A DNA stretch of 64,000 nucleotides from contig CBDCRW010000007.1 of assembly GCA_965221125.1 (NCBI GenBank), forward strand, positions 288,001-352,000. Direction: 5' to 3'. The notes beneath the pieces were generated by a model, which worked only from the letters and a program-made list of their open reading frames with translations, made no database searches and was not told the origin of the DNA. Positions 1-9,424 of this stretch are shown piece by piece (position 1 is the stretch's first letter; the number at the start of each line of letters is the position of its first letter). The DNA comes from Alphaproteobacteria bacterium. Lineage in GTDB: Bacteria; Pseudomonadota; Alphaproteobacteria; UBA828. A program made the translations under genes and the position numbers.

Positions 1-1379
1 CCGACTCAAGATTCTGATCGACTGCACCGCGCGGTGATTGCAGGAGATATTGAGGGCGTACGCACACATCTTTCGGGTGGGGCACCAGTCGACGGTCGGG
101 ACGGCCAGGGCTGGACGCCCCTGATGCACGCAGCAAACAAGGGCTACGTGCTCCTGGTCGAAATGCTGCTTCGATCCGGCGCGTCGCCGGACGTCAGGGC
201 GGCGGACGGAGCGACGGCGCTGTTCATCGCGACCATCAACGCGCACCCCGAGGCGATCGCCCTGTTGATGCGGGCGGGAGCGTCGGTTTCGATCAGGGGC
301 CCACGGGGCCTGACGGCGGTTGACGTGGCACGACTGGTCTACGGCGAGAAGAAGGAGCAACGTCCCGTCCCAGACGACGCGGAGGTGCACGCGCTTCTTG
401 CGGGAATGACCTGGGCGGAGGCAATAAAGGAGACGGTGGCCGGACTAAGGGCCAAGCAGCAGGCCGACCCGCCGGAGTCCCGGCCGCAACAGGGAGCCGA
501 GCGACAAGATGTGGAGCAGGAAGTTTCTTTGGCGGCCCCATCTACCGTGGATACGGAAGCGGTCGAGGCCGCATTGGCCTTGACGCACGAACAGCGCGTG
601 TCAGTCCAGAAGGCCTTGTCCGACCTGGGGTTCGACGTTGGTTCGGCAGACGGCCTGTTCGGGCAACGCACACGCTCCGCAATCAGAGAATGGCAGTTGT
701 CCAGGGGTGGCAACTCGACGGGTTATTTGCATTCTGATGAGGTCAAGATGCTGCTGGCGGAGGAGGAGGCAACTGCTCGCCTAGCAGAGGAGGCCGCCCG
801 TAAACGCGCGGCGGAGGAGGCAGAGTGGAAGCGCTTGGCGGAGGAGGCTGCACGTAAACGGGAGACGATGCGTCCCGGTCGAGCATTCCGAGACTGCCCT
901 GACTGTCCGGAGATGGTGGTCGTGCCAGCAGGCTCATTCATGATGGGCTCGCCGATGTCGGAACAGGATCGGATCAGCAACGAAGGCCCGCGGCACCGGG
1001 TGACGATCCCCGAGCCGTTCGCGGTGGGCAAGTACGAGGTGACGTTCTCGGAGTGGGATGCGTGTGTGGCGGCGGGAGGCTGCAACGGTCATCGGCCCGA
1101 CGATGCAGGCTGGGGCCGCGGGCAGCGCCCTGTGATCAACGTGAACTGGCAGGACGCAAAGGCCTTTGTTGCATGGCTATCTCGAAGAACGGGAGAGCGG
1201 TACCGCCTGCTATCGGAGGCGGAGTGGGAGTATGCGGCGCGGGCAGGGACGAGCACCCGCTACTGGTGGGGCAATGAAGTCGGCCGGGCGGCGAGGCGCA
1301 AGAACGTTAGGAAAACCGTACCAGTAGGTTCGTATTCGCCGAATCCATTCGGTTTACACGATGTTCACGGCAATGTCGC

Positions 1380-3469
1380 CAGGAACATTTTTTAGTCATG
1401 GCTGAGAGGGCGGGATGACCGAGAGCGGGCAGGCTTGGGCCGATGAAGGTCCTGGCCGAGCTTGGCTGGGCGGCTGCATGGGGTCCGCGGGGGCCGGTAG
1501 GGCTCGGTTTTCGGGCTCGCCGGGCAAAGCGATCCCGCCGCGCCGTTCGACGGCGCGTCCCGTCGCGCTCTGCGACGCGGTTACGCCCGCAGGATCATGC
1601 AGCGGGCGCGATCAGGATCGCGTCGAGAGCCTCCTGGGCGCGGGCGGCATAATGCCGGTTGGCCTCGGGCAGGAAGCGGAAGCGCCCGTCGCAGCGCACG
1701 ATGGCGATGGCCGCGTTGGTCAGGCAGGAGAGATTGCGCGGCAGGTGGCGCACGTACGCCCGGCAGCGGTCTTCGTCATAGGTGAAGTCGCGCACGTAGT
1801 GCAGCCGGTTCTCGATGTGCCAGTGATTGCGGACCAGAGCCAGAAGCTCCTCGGGCCCGGCGCGGTCTGCGCCGAGCGAGGTCAGGCTCCAGGTCACCTC
1901 GACGCTGCGCTCGCCGGTCTTGAGGATCTCGCGCTCGCGTTCGATGCGCATCGCCTGGCGGCGTCCGTGAAGGTTGGCGTAGCCGTCCCATTCGGCAGCG
2001 GAGAGGTCGACGACGGCGCAGCGGCGGCGCTCGATGCGGCCATGGCCCTTGTCGACGGTTTCGTGCCAGGGCGCGTCGGAGAAGTCGATCGCCTTGAGGT
2101 CTTCGAGGATGGTCTCCTGATTGTCCTTCACCGCGGTGACCACGTAGTCGGCGCGACGCCCGAGCAGGCAGCGCGCGGTCTCGTGCTGGGCGTGCATCGC
2201 ATCGAGGGTGACGGTCCGGCCTGCGAGGTCGAGACTGCTGGAGAGTTCGCGCACGGCGGGGATCTCGTTGCTCTTTCTATCGACCTCGACCTGTCCCAGG
2301 ACCATGCCGGTCTTGTGCACCAGCGCCGCGACCATCATGCGCCGCCCGTCTTCGGTCTGCTTCGAGGCGCCGCGCAGGTCCTTTCCGTCCATGGCGACCG
2401 GGGCGTGCGCGCCGTCGTGCTGGCCGGTCCACCGGCCGATGGCGTTGTCCAGCGTCTCCGGCGGCAGGGCGGCGAGGATGTTGTGGAAGGTGGTGATCGC
2501 GGGCGCGGTGTAGCGCTTCTTCGAAGGGCTCCAGAACGCGCCGACCGCCTCGAGCTGCTCCTGCGAGAGCAGGGCGGCGAACTGGGCGAAGGCTGTCGAG
2601 CCCCGGTAGCCGGCAAGGCGGGCGGCGACGGCAACCGCCAGCACGGTCTTCAAGGGATAGCGCTTGCCCCGGGCATGGCGGCACTCGGGCACCTCGCCCA
2701 GGCACTCGAACAGGCTGCGCAGCCGGGGCGCCGTCATCGGCTCGCTGTGTTGCTCGGCGTTCCAGTTCGCCGGGATCTCGGCCCGGCTCAGCGCTTCGGC
2801 GGCGCCATCGCTAAGTTCGAACACGAAGACCTCCTTGGGCTGGCCGTGGTGGCGCCAGCGCGGAGCAGCTCCGGGGTCACGGGCAAAGCCGCGCGTCATC
2901 CCCAGCGAGCGCCAGTTCGACGCGCGGTAGCAGGTGCCGGCGAAGCGCGCGGGATCGACGAAGGTCTCGGCCAGGAGCGCCGGGTATCCATGCACCGCCT
3001 GGGTGTCCGCAGACAGCCGCCGCAGGCTCAGCCCCAGAACCCGCGAGGCCAGGTTGGGAACCCGCTCAGGCGTCAGGATCACGAAGCGCGAGTTGTTCGC
3101 GATCAGATGCAGGCGCCGGAACTGCTGCTCCGCCGACCAGCCGATCCAGCGGTCGCGCGCGGCCAGCTTGAACGCGCCCGGCTGCCAGCCGATCAGGGCG
3201 AGCCAGGTCTCGCCATGCACCGCGACATGGCGCAGCCCCTTGCCGACGACGCCGTGGAATCGCAGGTAGTGGTGCTCCTCCACCAGCCGGTCCCAGCGCC
3301 GGTGCTCCCGCGCGCCCCAGGTCGGGCGCACCGTGACCGCACGCAGATCAATGGACGAATCCAGGCCCGGCAACGTCGCCATGGCCGCTACACTGCCACA
3401 GCGAAAACGAAATGACCAGCGCCGCGATCACCTCACGCCGCTCGCCGGGCGGACAAAAAACGAGCCCTG
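1380..3469 (-). mobile_element. ISAs1-family insertion sequence, 2090 bp, with 10-bp target-site duplication
   Basis: GCAATGTCGC at 1370-1379 and 3470-3479. Imperfect terminal inverted repeats CAGGAACATTTTTT and (reverse complement) CAGGGCTCGTTTTTT. Encloses one transposase ORF. Confidence 0.92.
1595..3382 (-). CDS. ISAs1-family DDE transposase with N-terminal DUF4338-like domain
   Basis: C-terminal ISAs1 motifs (VAMDGKDLRG, KSNEIPA, TLDAMHAQ, VKDNQ, HGRIERR, RNHWHIENRLHYVRD..YDED). N-terminal HHYL...ANNSRF...NLASRVL...ETFVDP.RF.GTCYRASNW matches DUF4338. Confidence 0.88.
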   Translation of the reverse strand: MATLPGLDSSIDLRAVTVRPTWGAREHRRWDRLVEEHHYLRFHGVVGKGLRHVAVHGETWLALIGWQPGAFKLAARDRWIGWSAEQQFRRLHLIANNSRFVILTPERVPNLASRVLGLSLRRLSADTQAVHGYPALLAETFVDPARFAGTCYRASNWRSLGMTRGFARDPGAAPRWRHHGQPKEVFVFELSDGAAEALSRAEIPANWNAEQHSEPMTAPRLRSLFECLGEVPECRHARGKRYPLKTVLAVAVAARLAGYRGSTAFAQFAALLSQEQLEAVGAFWSPSKKRYTAPAITTFHNILAALPPETLDNAIGRWTGQHDGAHAPVAMDGKDLRGASKQTEDGRRMMVAALVHKTGMVLGQVEVDRKSNEIPAVRELSSSLDLAGRTVTLDAMHAQHETARCLLGRRADYVVTAVKDNQETILEDLKAIDFSDAPWHETVDKGHGRIERRRCAVVDLSAAEWDGYANLHGRRQAMRIEREREILKTGERSVEVTWSLTSLGADRAGPEELLALVRNHWHIENRLHYVRDFTYDEDRCRAYVRHLPRNLSCLTNAAIAIVRCDGRFRFLPEANRHYAARAQEALDAILIAPAA

Positions 3470-3972
3470 GCAATGTCGCAGAGTGGGTAGAGGACTGCTA
3501 CAACGACAGTTATGCAGGAGCACCGTCAGATGGGAGTGCCTGGAATACTGGAGACTGCCGCAAGCGGGTAGTGCGTAATGATGGTGGAGTTTACGGTCCC
3601 AGATACATGCGCTCTGCGCGCCGCGCTGAACCCCACTCAAACTTAATGACTTCCGGCATGTCTGATCTCGGATTCCGAGTTGCCCGGACACTCGCTCCAT
3701 GAGTCCTTACCTCTTTCCGGGTGTGGCGGCGGAGCCCCTGGTCTACTTTACGTGCTTTGTTTGCAAGCGAAACGACAAGAGTTCCTACTATAAGCCGCAA
3801 TATAGGCGGTCCTGGCTCAGATTTTTTTTCGTTATGACTTCCAGCTTGCACAGCATCGAGTTCCGGTATGATCCGGACACTTGAGGCCGTATTGGGGGGG
3901 TGAGGGAATTGAAACAATAGAAGTACTCCTATAGTTTCCCGATCAAGAAGGTCAGAGTTCGAAATATCAAGG

Positions 3973-5628
3973 TTAATTTCTCACTGTCTCCCCTCGATTA
4001 GCAATACAAAATTCCTCGAACCTGCCCGACGGAATACTCGGATCGTAGGTCGATGATACCCTTCGCGGTGCCCGCTGGCGGCAAGCCAATCCGGGACTGC
4101 AGGTATGGCCGCGTTCGAAGGTCACGCCGGGACTGCTCTTGCATTGTGCCGAAAATTCAGTGCACTCGCTCGGGTCGTCTAGCGTATACTCCACGCAGAT
4201 TGAGCCTTGCCTGCACGTTATCCTGCATCGGTCATCATCGGGTTCCATCGATTCACGGGTGTTCGCCTCCATCCGAACCTCAGCAGCTTCAGGTTGATCC
4301 CTTGGTGGTTGTTCGGCCGTTTCCTCTATACGCTTGGCCCAACAGCGCTCGTCGTTATCGGGATTTACGCTTCCAACAAACTCTATCGAGTGCTTACCAG
4401 ACGGTTCGTAACCCCAACGGATATCGCGACGCATTGTGCGCCCCGGCCAAACGCCTCCCCAGAGATACTCATAATGCTTCACATTCGGATTGTTAAGCTC
4501 AACAAAGGCTTTCGCGGAAATCCGATGATCGCACACATTCTTGTACATGAGCTGAAGGTAGCGAGAGCCGTCGTTGGACTTTCCTTCAACGCAATGCTTC
4601 CCGGCAACCCAACATCCCTCACTGTCTGGATCAAGTACATTTTCGTTAGCCGGCTCAATCTCGTAATCCGTTCGCACGCCGGTCTCCCGCGCCGGACTAT
4701 CCGCAGTTTCCCGCTCTTGCGCGGGCGGTACTGCGGCGGCCTGCTCGCGGAGTTCGGCTTCGTATTCGGCTCTGCGTCGGTCAAGGGCTTCGATCCTGGC
4801 CTCGTAGTCGCCGCTCTCGGATTCCCAGCCCCGGTCCTTGACGCCGGACGATGTCGCCAAGATTTCGTCGAGCCCCTTCAGGGTCTTGTCGTAGCGCTGA
4901 TGGGCCTCGGACGCTTCGGTCTTTTGGCTGATTGCACCGAGCGCTTCCGCCTCTTCCCGCGTGAGATAGCCCGATGCCTCCAGTCCCTTCGCAGACTGCC
5001 AGTCCCATATGGCCGCCCGCGTCTTGGGGCCAAACAAGCCGTCAGCGGGGCCGGGGTCGAAGCCGAGCGCGACAAGACCCCGTTGCACCTGTGAGCGCTG
5101 CTCACGGGAAAGCGACTCTTCGCGTGCTCCCACGGCTTTCTTCTGTGCTTCCGCTCGCTGGTTGTCGGCGTCTGATTCAATAGCCGCGTGAACACGCTCG
5201 CTACCAGACCATCTGCTCGCTTTCCCACCGGAACTGGCGCACTGCGACCCCACTACGGTGCATCCCGATCCCCCATTGGCCTCGCAAAGTTGCAGGGCAC
5301 GCGCCTCGGCCTGAGCTTGCGTCATCGCGCTCCTTGCTTGGCCGCGGCCGTACTGATCCAGTACAAGAGCACCGCAACCGTTCTGAAACCAAACGCGCTT
5401 TACGCAGTTCGTGCCACCGTCGGCGCGGCAGGCGTTCAGCGCAGCGGCGATTGCTTCATCCTTGGCGATGTAGTTCCAAGCGAAGCCGTATGCGACGAAC
5501 TCTCCGTAGGCGTCCAGGCCGACGGCGATAGAGCCATGAGTGGTATCCTGTGCGCGGGCCGGATCAACCTCCACCAGCGCGGGTAGCACGATTCCGCAGG
5601 CTGCCAAACATGCGACAATCGCCTTCAT
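3973..5628 (-). CDS. Secreted DUF4189 + peptidoglycan-binding domain protein with Cys-rich C-terminal domains
   Basis: Signal peptide MKAIVACLAACGIVL...ARA. DUF4189-like pattern (GSIA...AALNAC...C...WFQNGCGAL...ARALQLC...C). PG-binding motif GFDPGPADGLFGPKTRAAI. RBS GGGGAGGG upstream. Confidence 0.8.
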   Translation of the reverse strand: MKAIVACLAACGIVLPALVEVDPARAQDTTHGSIAVGLDAYGEFVAYGFAWNYIAKDEAIAAALNACRADGGTNCVKRVWFQNGCGALVLDQYGRGQARSAMTQAQAEARALQLCEANGGSGCTVVGSQCASSGGKASRWSGSERVHAAIESDADNQRAEAQKKAVGAREESLSREQRSQVQRGLVALGFDPGPADGLFGPKTRAAIWDWQSAKGLEASGYLTREEAEALGAISQKTEASEAHQRYDKTLKGLDEILATSSGVKDRGWESESGDYEARIEALDRRRAEYEAELREQAAAVPPAQERETADSPARETGVRTDYEIEPANENVLDPDSEGCWVAGKHCVEGKSNDGSRYLQLMYKNVCDHRISAKAFVELNNPNVKHYEYLWGGVWPGRTMRRDIRWGYEPSGKHSIEFVGSVNPDNDERCWAKRIEETAEQPPRDQPEAAEVRMEANTRESMEPDDDRCRITCRQGSICVEYTLDDPSECTEFSAQCKSSPGVTFERGHTCSPGLACRQRAPRRVSSTYDPSIPSGRFEEFCIANRGETVRN

Positions 5629-5697
5629 AGTTCACCCTCCCCCTATTGCAACGGCACGCCTATAGCAGCTTATGCAAGGTGACAGTCAACGCAACGC

Positions 5698-6258
5698 AAC
5701 AGCAAGCGCTCCAGGCTGGCCGGTACGGGCCGTGGTGCTGTCGGGAGAGAGGCGCTGATCGGCGTGAAGGATTGCGAGACGAAGCAGGTTGCGCTGGCCC
5801 ATGTCGGCAACACCGAAGCGATCACCTTGGGAAACTTCGTCGCGCTGCACGCCAAGTTCGGCGCGAGGGTCTATACCGACGAGAGCGCGACCTTGCAACA
5901 TCCTCAATCCGTGGTACGACCACGAGAGCGTCAACCACAGCGTGAAGGAATACGTTCGCGGGATGGCTCATAGCAACGGCGTGAAGAGCTTCTGGGCGAT
6001 GATGAATCGCGGAATCGTCGGCACCTACCACAAGCTGTCGCCGAAGCACCTGCATCGGTACGCAGCGGAGTTCGCTGGCCGGCACAACCTGCGGGAGAAA
6101 GACACGTTGGCGCAGATGGGCGAACTGGCGGCGGGGATGGTCGGGAAGCGGCTAACTTACGCCGACCTGATCGCCGATAACGGGCTGCCGAGCGCAGCGA
6201 GGTCATGACTGGAGAAGAGCTGACTTTGACCCCGGAAGAGGTCAACTATAGTCTTGGC
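5698..6258 (+). pseudogene. IS1595-family (ISXO2-like) transposase remnant, frameshifted and 5'-truncated
   Basis: GRGAVG...VYTDES in one frame, then HESVNHSVKEYVRG.AHSNGV.SFWAM..RG..GTYHKLSPKHLHRYAAEF.GRHN in another. Possible end sequence GTCAACTATAG near 6241. Confidence 0.8.
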
Positions 6259-6664
6259 CCGCGCTACGTTGTCGGGCTAAGGATTGCGTGAGTTGGTGAA
6301 GATGATTCACGTGATCAATCGCACCCTGAACACGATCATCACCGACAAATGGACGAAGCACCTCAAGAACACGATCCCGCAGTTCTGTAGCAGTCCCGCC
6401 TTCGCACATCATCCCAACTAGCAGAATCTCGATTCCGGCAACGCGCGCGATTATCTGGTTGAAGGCGTCAACAACGCCTCCTAGATTCCCAGATCGTTGA
6501 TCTCAACGTCCGTCATCACTCTCCCCCTCCACAAAGCGAAGCCTCCGCCCGTAGGGCAGCACAGGAGGCGTGAGGCGCTCCACTCAATCCGCCGAAGCCA
6601 TCTCCGACGGTTCATGTGGAGATGCGCCCGCAACAGGAATTCGAGCGTCGTTGCGGATATTCTG

Positions 6665-7027
6665 TCAAGCGCCATATTCCACAGCACGCAGGGGAGGAAG
6701 TTGTGTTTCGAATTGCAACGTGATCTTTTGTATTTCTGATTCAGAATGCTCCGCCTCTCCGCCAAGCGTGACTATTATGAGATCAAAGAACCCACCGCTC
6801 CTGGTAGATTCCTCCACTACGAAGTTCAACTCCAGTTCCAATCCCTTTGCATAGAAGAGTGCAGGACGCTCCTGGTCGTTTAGTCGGTTCTCGGCTTCGG
6901 CGAGTTCGGCACGGACCTGTGCAATTAAATCTGCAACGCGCAGCTTGGGCTCATCTTGCGCGCTGGCAGGCAGCGCGACGACACTGAACGCCTTGGCCAG
7001 TGCGATAGCAGCGATGAGTTTCTTCAT
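6665..7027 (-). CDS. Exported protein with Trypco2-like (trypsin co-occurring domain 2) mature region
   Basis: RBS GGAGG 7 nt before ATG at 7027. Signal peptide ending PASA. Mature part LRVADLIAQVRAELAEA...LELELNFVVE...GG...IVTLGGE...QKITLQF resembles Trypco2. Confidence 0.55.
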   Translation of the reverse strand: MKKLIAAIALAKAFSVVALPASAQDEPKLRVADLIAQVRAELAEAENRLNDQERPALFYAKGLELELNFVVEESTRSGGFFDLIIVTLGGEAEHSESEIQKITLQFETQLPPLRAVEYGA

Positions 7028-7132
7028 GGTCATTCCTCCCTGGTAGCGCTCCGCAGCTTTGCGAGCCGACTTGATCCCTTTGTCCTTCATTCCAGTCGCC
7101 CCTCGTGGTTGGATTGACCGCCATGCCTTGCT

Positions 7133-7378
7133 TCAGCGAATGCCGAGGAAAATCCCGTGAGTCTCAAGCATGTCGGGAGTCGGACTTAACCCGCGATCGC
7201 GGTGCGATTTCCCTCCCCTAGGCGATTTCCGTGTTGCCTTGTCGTACCTGTCCCATTTCGCGTTGTGTCTTTCCAAGATATTAATGGCATTACAAACGAT
7301 ATTTTTGCACGCGCTCGCCGGTGTTGGCGCGATCAGCATCAGTCCGCAAACCGCGAGCGCTGCGATCACCGTCTTCAT
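7133..7378 (-). CDS. Small exported protein
   Basis: Signal peptide MKTVIAALAVCGLMLIAPTPASA followed by a short basic mature peptide with two Cys. G-rich RBS upstream. Confidence 0.55.
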   Translation of the reverse strand: MKTVIAALAVCGLMLIAPTPASACKNIVCNAINILERHNAKWDRYDKATRKSPRGGKSHRDRGLSPTPDMLETHGIFLGIR

Positions 7379-7425
7379 GGCCTTGCCCCCTGGGCGGGCG
7401 CGGTTCGGCTGTACTCGTCGAACCA

Positions 7426-7985
7426 GCGGGTGCTGCACCCGGTGCGGCAGGTTCCCGCCCGAGCCTGGCCTCAAGCTGTGCGGGCCCTGCGGCGAGAAGC
7501 GGCGCGCCGCCGAGAAGGCACGCCGCGCCCGGGCCAGGCAGCAAAACCTGCCCTACGCCGGCCGCGATCCCGAAACGACGCGCCGCGCCGACCGTGCCAG
7601 GGACAGGCAGCGGCGACGGGAACGCAGGGATGCGGGCCTCTGCACGACCTGCGGACGCCGCCGGCCCGCCGATGGCCGTTCTGTCTGCGAGCCGTGCCGC
7701 GAGGAGCAGCGCGCGATCGAGCGCCAGCGATACGCTGCCCGTTGTGCTGCCGGCCGATGTGTGCGGTGCAGGCAACCGGCATTCCGCGGGTCGTCCCGCT
7801 GCGGCCGGTGCGCCGTGCTCGAAGCGGAGCGCACGTCGCCCGAGCGCAGGAAGGCGGTCAACAGGAAGCGATACGCCAGACGCAGGGTGCAAGGGATATG
7901 CGTGGATTGCTCGAGTCCCGCTGCCGGCTCTGCGCGTTGTCCGGACTGCGCCCGGCGCTCCAATTCGCGCGCCCCCGAACCTCAC
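7426..7985 (+). pseudogene. Fragment of an Arg-rich protein with four tandem CxxC-x(9-11)-CxxC zinc-ribbon-like repeats
   Basis: CTRC...CGPC, CTTC...CEPC, CVRC...CGRC and CVDC...CPDC separated by basic helical linkers. No convincing start codon. Confidence 0.6.
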
Positions 7986-8323
7986 CGCCTGCACTCACGC
8001 CTTCCGCATCATTGTCGAGCACGAAGAGAATTTGGTTGTGGATGTCAATCTTGGCGAGCCCCTGCGCGAATCGCACGAGGCTGGCGAGCAGCTCGCCGAG
8101 CCGAGCTGGTGAACGATTGGAGCGAGAGTGTCCGATGCACGCACGCTACGGCCTGCGGCGAAGATGCCGCCGAGCGGCTTGGGACCCCACCCATGCACTG
8201 TTACGAAAATTGCTGGTCGCGGGTCACCATCAGGTAGATCATGCAAGTTCTTGGGCCGTGGAGACAACTACAACACTCGTTGGCCATCCGGGCCGGGCGG
8301 CCGCGGGAATTGGGAGCACTCCG

Positions 8324-8872
8324 ATGAAATACACGACTATCTCGGTTTCTGTCATAGCGGTTCTATTGTCTGCACTCGCTTTGGGATATTCCATCCATTC
8401 GAGTGAGAGAGCACGAGAGTGTGAATTTCGATACAGGACTTACGACAGGCTAAGTGAGCTTTCTCGTTACACGCAGAGAGAGGAAGCACGCCAGATGCAA
8501 TGTAGGCCGTTTTTCGAGAGGCAGAATAGCGATCAAGTCGACAGTATTTCAGAAGAAGTAAAAGAGATTTGTGCCGATTTAATAGTCAGAACTGAAGCAG
8601 ATATTACCAAGTCAAAGTGGGAATTGGAACTGTACAGAGTCAGCTTTGAACCAACCAAACTATCCGAAGTCATGACGTTATCCGACGAAGCTACCAACGA
8701 ATACAAGAAATGAACAAGGGGTCAAGAGGTAGATATCTGGAACCTCGGGAACTGGATCAAACAGTTTGTTTCCGTCTTGCAATCCGTCGCGACGTTTAGG
8801 GGAAAGATGATCCTTCTCGTCAAAAGCGCCATGGAAACTACCGCGGAGAGCATTCGAAGTCGATGTCGTTAG
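8324..8872 (+). pseudogene. Low-GC membrane-anchored hypothetical protein with an in-frame TGA at 8711-8713
   Basis: RBS GGGAG before ATG 8324 and an N-terminal hydrophobic helix. The frame stays open for 52 codons after the TGA, to TAG at 8870-8872. Confidence 0.5.
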
Positions 8873-9012
8873 CTCAGAAGAATGCCCGAGACCGAGCTCA
8901 ACTGTTTTGTAAGGTGCTCGAGCATTTGTATTGGTTCAGTTGGCAAAATGCAGGCATCGTCTTGCTATCGCTGTCTCAAGGCAGGCCGAGGTGATGGCAG
9001 GTCGCCGAGCTT

Positions 9013-9123
9013 CATGAAACAGCAGCAGGAAGAGAGATTCAAGGGGATTCTGGCGGTCTGAACTTCAACCGGAATACACCTTAACCGAGCCGCCAGCCTG
9101 TCCGAAAAAGCGGCGCCAGCTCA
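9013..9123 (+). mobile_element. Possible IS3-family right-end remnant
   Basis: Short C-terminal ORF tail followed by TACACCTTAACCGAGCCGCCAGCCTGTCCGAAAAAGCGGCGCCAGCTCA ending in CA, resembling IS3-family ends. Pattern recall only. Confidence 0.35.
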
Positions 9124-9184
9124 CCGCCTGTGCCCGGCAACATCGAAGCCAGCAACAGTCGCACCGTTGGGGCGAGATTACGGG

Positions 9185-9424
9185 CTATAGCAGCTTGATC
9201 AACGCGACCACGATGCCGGCTTGTGCAATCGCGAGGGCGACCATGCGCCAAGTCATACGTGCCTCAAGTGCAGCGATTTCGGCTCGCAGGTCTGCCTTGG
9301 TTGCCAAGCCCTCAATGACGGCATCGCGGACGGTATCCGTGATGGCCTCGGCTTCGGTCTGACCGATCCCCGCCTCGGTAAGCGCCTTGACGGCCGCGTG
9401 AGTGTCGAATGTGGCGCTCGGCAT
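9185..9424 (-). CDS. DUF1640/CCDC90-like short coiled-coil membrane protein
   Basis: FDTHAAVKAL.EAG....AEAI...LATKADL...coiled coil, then C-terminal TM helix. Confidence 0.75.
   Translation of the reverse strand: MPSATFDTHAAVKALTEAGIGQTEAEAITDTVRDAVIEGLATKADLRAEIAALEARMTWRMVALAIAQAGIVVALIKLL

Larger units (their letters stand above)
1..3702 (+). pseudogene. Ankyrin-repeat + peptidoglycan-binding + FGE-sulfatase (SUMF1-like) protein, 5' end probably outside window, interrupted by an IS at 1380-3469
   Basis: Frame open from base 1. Ankyrin motifs ([17 protein letters not shown]), PG-binding motif ([31 protein letters not shown]) and FGE motifs ([44 protein letters not shown]). Removing the IS and one TSD copy rejoins HGNVA-EWVEDCYND...GFRVARTLAP* (stop at 3702). 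Confidence 0.9.

Noticed and set aside
778-861. Repeated [10 protein letters not shown] coding unit
   Set aside because: Ordinary coiled-coil linker duplication with synonymous differences, not an array.
1415-3415. 666-aa plus-strand ORF
   Set aside because: Antisense shadow of the ISAs1 transposase with no recognisable motifs.
7170-8713. Long ORFs 7170-8237 and 7202-8713 as single genes
   Set aside because: They run across several unrelated fragments; only the CxxC segment and the ORF from 8324 look coding.
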